NCBI GenBank assembly: GCA_944350265.1
Contig: CALVOG010000006.1
Location: 6,709 to 70,708 of the forward strand
DNA length: 64,000 bases
From: an uncultured Clostridia bacterium
GTDB lineage: Bacteria; Bacillota; Clostridia; Christensenellales; UBA1242
Direction: 5' to 3'
Part shown: positions 62,401 through 64,000 of the stretch, in pieces
How the letters are laid out: the number at the start of each line of letters is the position of its first letter
Position numbering within the stretch: position 1 is the first letter of the stretch
The notes under the pieces: generated by a model
Seen by the model: the letters and a program-made list of their open reading frames with translations, nothing else
Told to the model about the DNA's origin: nothing
The model's database searches: none
Made by a program: the position numbers and the translations under genes

Positions 62401-64000
62401 ACCGCAGGGCAACTCATCGGCGAAACCTTCTATTACGGCTCCACGCAAATAGCCAAAAGGACGATAACGGTGGGCGGGAAGTCACTTCCAGCAACCTATA
62501 TTCCAACAAATGCGGTGTATCGTTCCACCTTTAACCTTGTGAAATATGATAATGTGCTGGATAGCGATTTCACAAACACGCCAGACACATCAAGTATCTT
62601 GGACTATGAAAACGTCACGGTGGGCGGGCGAAGCACGAATATCTATTCCTCACTAGGGTCGGTGGCAACGCGGACGGAAAAGGTGCCATTGACTGGCTAC
62701 ACCGCCGAGAACGCCTACTACTTAAGTTCGTCTTACTCCTCGCCAAGCACGCGAAACTTGAAAAGCACATCACTTAGAGATATCGTTGACTATTACGGCA
62801 ACCTTGCAAGAGACGGAAGCGAGATTTATCTTTATAGTTACTTCTACGTTCGCAATCCTTACACCGTCAACTTTAGAACGGTTTTCGATGGAAGCGTGCA
62901 GGCGGGCAGTATGCCAGCAGGCGAAACCGACGACATTTTCTATGTGAATGGCGTTGGCGTTAGCAGTAGCACTTGGAGCATTTCTTGCGAGCCGTATGCC
63001 TTTGTTGACGTTGACGTGACCGACAGGTTGGTGTATACCACAAACGGCTCCACCACCACTTTCTACTCCTTCGATAACATCACGGTGGGCGACAGCGTGG
63101 TTTCGGAAAGCGGAACGTATACCTTCCAAGGTATGGCGGTGAATGAGATTTCGTCATACACCGTGAACATCAACTTCAAAAGGGAATTTTCAATCAACAC
63201 CTCGCTTTTAAACAGCGACAGCACGCCGATTGACTATGACGCGAGCATTTGGGAGGTGGACAGCGCAATCGACCTTTTAAACATCGCTTACCGTGTTTAC
63301 TGCCGTGGCTACTCGCTTGCAAATCGCATTGTGCAAACCGCGGACATCGACTTCTCGAACGTTAACGGCGGATATATGCTTCCAATCGGCACTGAGGCGC
63401 GTCCATTTAGCAGTGTGTATGACGGGCAGTATCACACCATCGAAAATATGACTATCGTTGGCGGAAATGCGCAGGATATCGGCTTGTTTGGCTACACCAA
63501 CGGCGCAACAATCAAAAATCTCACCCTTATGCACACTAAAATTTCGGGTGCGTATAACGTTGGCTCCATTGTCGGCAACAGCAACAACACCACCTTTGAA
63601 CGCGTCGGCGTGTATGACGGCTCGGTGAGCGTTATGGCAAATCAGAGCGCGGGAATTGATATCTTCCTCACTAACAACATAACCATTGCAAGCGCTAACA
63701 CCGCGGGTGGCGACTACACAAGCGTCGCTCTTGGAAACTCCAGCGCGGTATACACAATTTTGAGCGAAATGGTGGCAGATGGAAGCGAAATCGATAATTA
63801 CGGCGACACCTCCTCTTACGCGGGCGATTTTGTGGGCTATTCAAATAATACCACTTATGAAACCTGCTTTGTGAGAAAGTCGACAACAACGGAAAGTAAC
63901 AATGCTGGCAGAATTGGCGGTTTCGCAGGCTACCTATACGGCGGAAATGTTTCTCACGCCTACACCTCTCGTTCGACCTTTGCAACTTCTCAAAGAAATG
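59428..64000 (+). CDS. giant secreted/surface protein with GLUG-motif repeat domains (more than 1524 aa, 3' end beyond the window); not in the supplied ORF track
   Basis: Manual translation from ATG 59428 found no in-frame stop through 63999. Signal/anchor MKRNIFNKKMILSIVCLLFVAIIPLCSL. Acidic stretch. GLUG units (VGLFGEVGSATIRNLIVAG, IAGIVGSVAEGNSVSISNC, TGGIVGIASKIAIQDCVNYG, GGICGLMKGEGGDTISRCINFG, VGGIVGQ; again IGLFGYTNGATIKNLTL, VGSIVGNSNNTTFERV). Gly-rich linker GGGGGGGSSGGGNKPGG. Only short antisense ORFs are listed across it. Confidence 0.75.
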   Translation, partial: MKRNIFNKKMILSIVCLLFVAIIPLCSLNLINYSALLASTSEEVVDDETENFVEDVDADTDTDGEDDDVEISGNWADYAVTPRSAISTASQLAGLSGASGSYTLSNNIDLSGRSWTPISNFSGTLDGNGYTISGLSITGDYGSSVGLFGEVGSATIRNLIVAGSINVYMVNSRIGIAGIVGSVAEGNSVSISNCVSKVNITVSASNKANILGGVSDILSVGGILGYGERVSSGTVARCMNLGRINFNLGNLNLFSNKEFHTGGIVGIASKIAIQDCVNYGNVSTDGKYSGGICGLMKGEGGDTISRCINFGDVSGRENANNCLVGGIVGQACHAIFLETRYVTIQDCANVGNLRGTQYSTTIFGNWFASSGMGQMVGWVGAGGSSMCTIKNCYFVSNGYYVTVGHVTAVSSVIEDVNDVSYSNLTMTNLTSMLASYYSFSNTDRTWTAITFYSNDVTSSICTGATVPTTLSHYIDEMSVTIKLQDSSGLKTVSSAKGFNISGKTGYNSGNKTFYATKTTSTISSALTFTNSYGYNMEIYHANGNNLGSLIVDCGEVSRYNYSITGGTYGSMFDDIIIVLTEPVKIEPIPVPGVDVYTSPALYEGGNTISNLFSSSEGGSVSVSGASGGSFTRDTVLTITITPNEGYEFLGLFADSDLNASYLPLSERRIEKFNSLSVADLVNDPEIPVDEIEGMPETSGSRVSVSTSGGYSSYTYSFKVGDLITAMTVEKEVVEGDDDDDHDSAATSLQNDDDMSVSSNRVDNLIHVTIIGGGGGGGGSSGGGNKPGGSIVDKDPDAVTVPDEEPKEPEFKYVVKSISFVSSFDVVFVAYQHDYDLEVEYLGAGGDFASYKYGYASRANLAERSSYTKRFYDATTGSSTNYMYLEGTGNYFVSSPFVEYVALVEGDVSGYWSSTGWYDIGGVESGRIWLTYLFEDYEPPYYSAEIPYAYAKVTYKYCESPRHEFDYYIYITDAYEIYEETSPGSPTPSGRYTAGQLIGETFYYGSTQIAKRTITVGGKSLPATYIPTNAVYRSTFNLVKYDNVLDSDFTNTPDTSSILDYENVTVGGRSTNIYSSLGSVATRTEKVPLTGYTAENAYYLSSSYSSPSTRNLKSTSLRDIVDYYGNLARDGSEIYLYSYFYVRNPYTVNFRTVFDGSVQAGSMPAGETDDIFYVNGVGVSSSTWSISCEPYAFVDVDVTDRLVYTTNGSTTTFYSFDNITVGDSVVSESGTYTFQGMAVNEISSYTVNINFKREFSINTSLLNSDSTPIDYDASIWEVDSAIDLLNIAYRVYCRGYSLANRIVQTADIDFSNVNGGYMLPIGTEARPFSSVYDGQYHTIENMTIVGGNAQDIGLFGYTNGATIKNLTLMHTKISGAYNVGSIVGNSNNTTFERVGVYDGSVSVMANQSAGIDIFLTNNITIASANTAGGDYTSVALGNSSAVYTILSEMVADGSEIDNYGDTSSYAGDFVGYSNNTTYETCFVRKSTTTESNNAGRIGGFAGYLYGGNVSHAYTSRSTFATSQRN

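Noticed and set aside
59515-63985. Numerous 60-119 aa minus-strand ORFs
   Set aside because: All are antisense to the long open plus-strand frame starting at 59428, which has clear GLUG-repeat protein features.

Overview
A chromosomal window from a low-GC, Firmicutes/Clostridia-like bacterium. It uses the standard genetic code, AGGAGG-type ribosome-binding sites and many near-consensus TTGACA-17-TATAAT promoters. Most of it is housekeeping: a partial rumA-like methyltransferase, metG, hisS, a helD-like helicase, gyrB/gyrA, lysS, dinB, holA, comEC, typA, dnaG-rpoD, a cysteine desulfurase, rpsF-ssb-rpsR-rpmE and an initiator tRNA-fMet. Orphan genes, long strand-asymmetric A/T spacers, tandem repeats and a dispersed hairpin-repeat family are interspersed among them. 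The standout is a tightly packed seven-gene operon at about 35.4-43.1 kb. It encodes an SPFH/YdjI-like zinc-ribbon protein, a single-pass membrane protein, a TPR-like protein and two ESCRT-III (Snf7/CHMP)-like proteins, one of which ends in a MIM1-like motif. It also encodes a Vps4-like MIT+AAA ATPase and a 1206-aa zinc-ribbon/helical-repeat/3-TM/GLUG-repeat membrane protein. Together these look like a candidate bacterial ESCRT-III/Vps4-type membrane-remodelling system. Other notable items:
- two dense DnaA-box clusters with no dnaA in the window;
- a pair of paralogous small genes plus a 17-bp-period repeat array inserted between gyrB and gyrA;
- recurrent leaderless-mRNA promoter geometry;
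- Cys-rich, putatively spore-surface-like small proteins;
- a giant GLUG surface protein of more than 1524 aa at the 3' edge that is missing from the supplied ORF track.
All functional calls come from motif recognition by eye. No database search was run.
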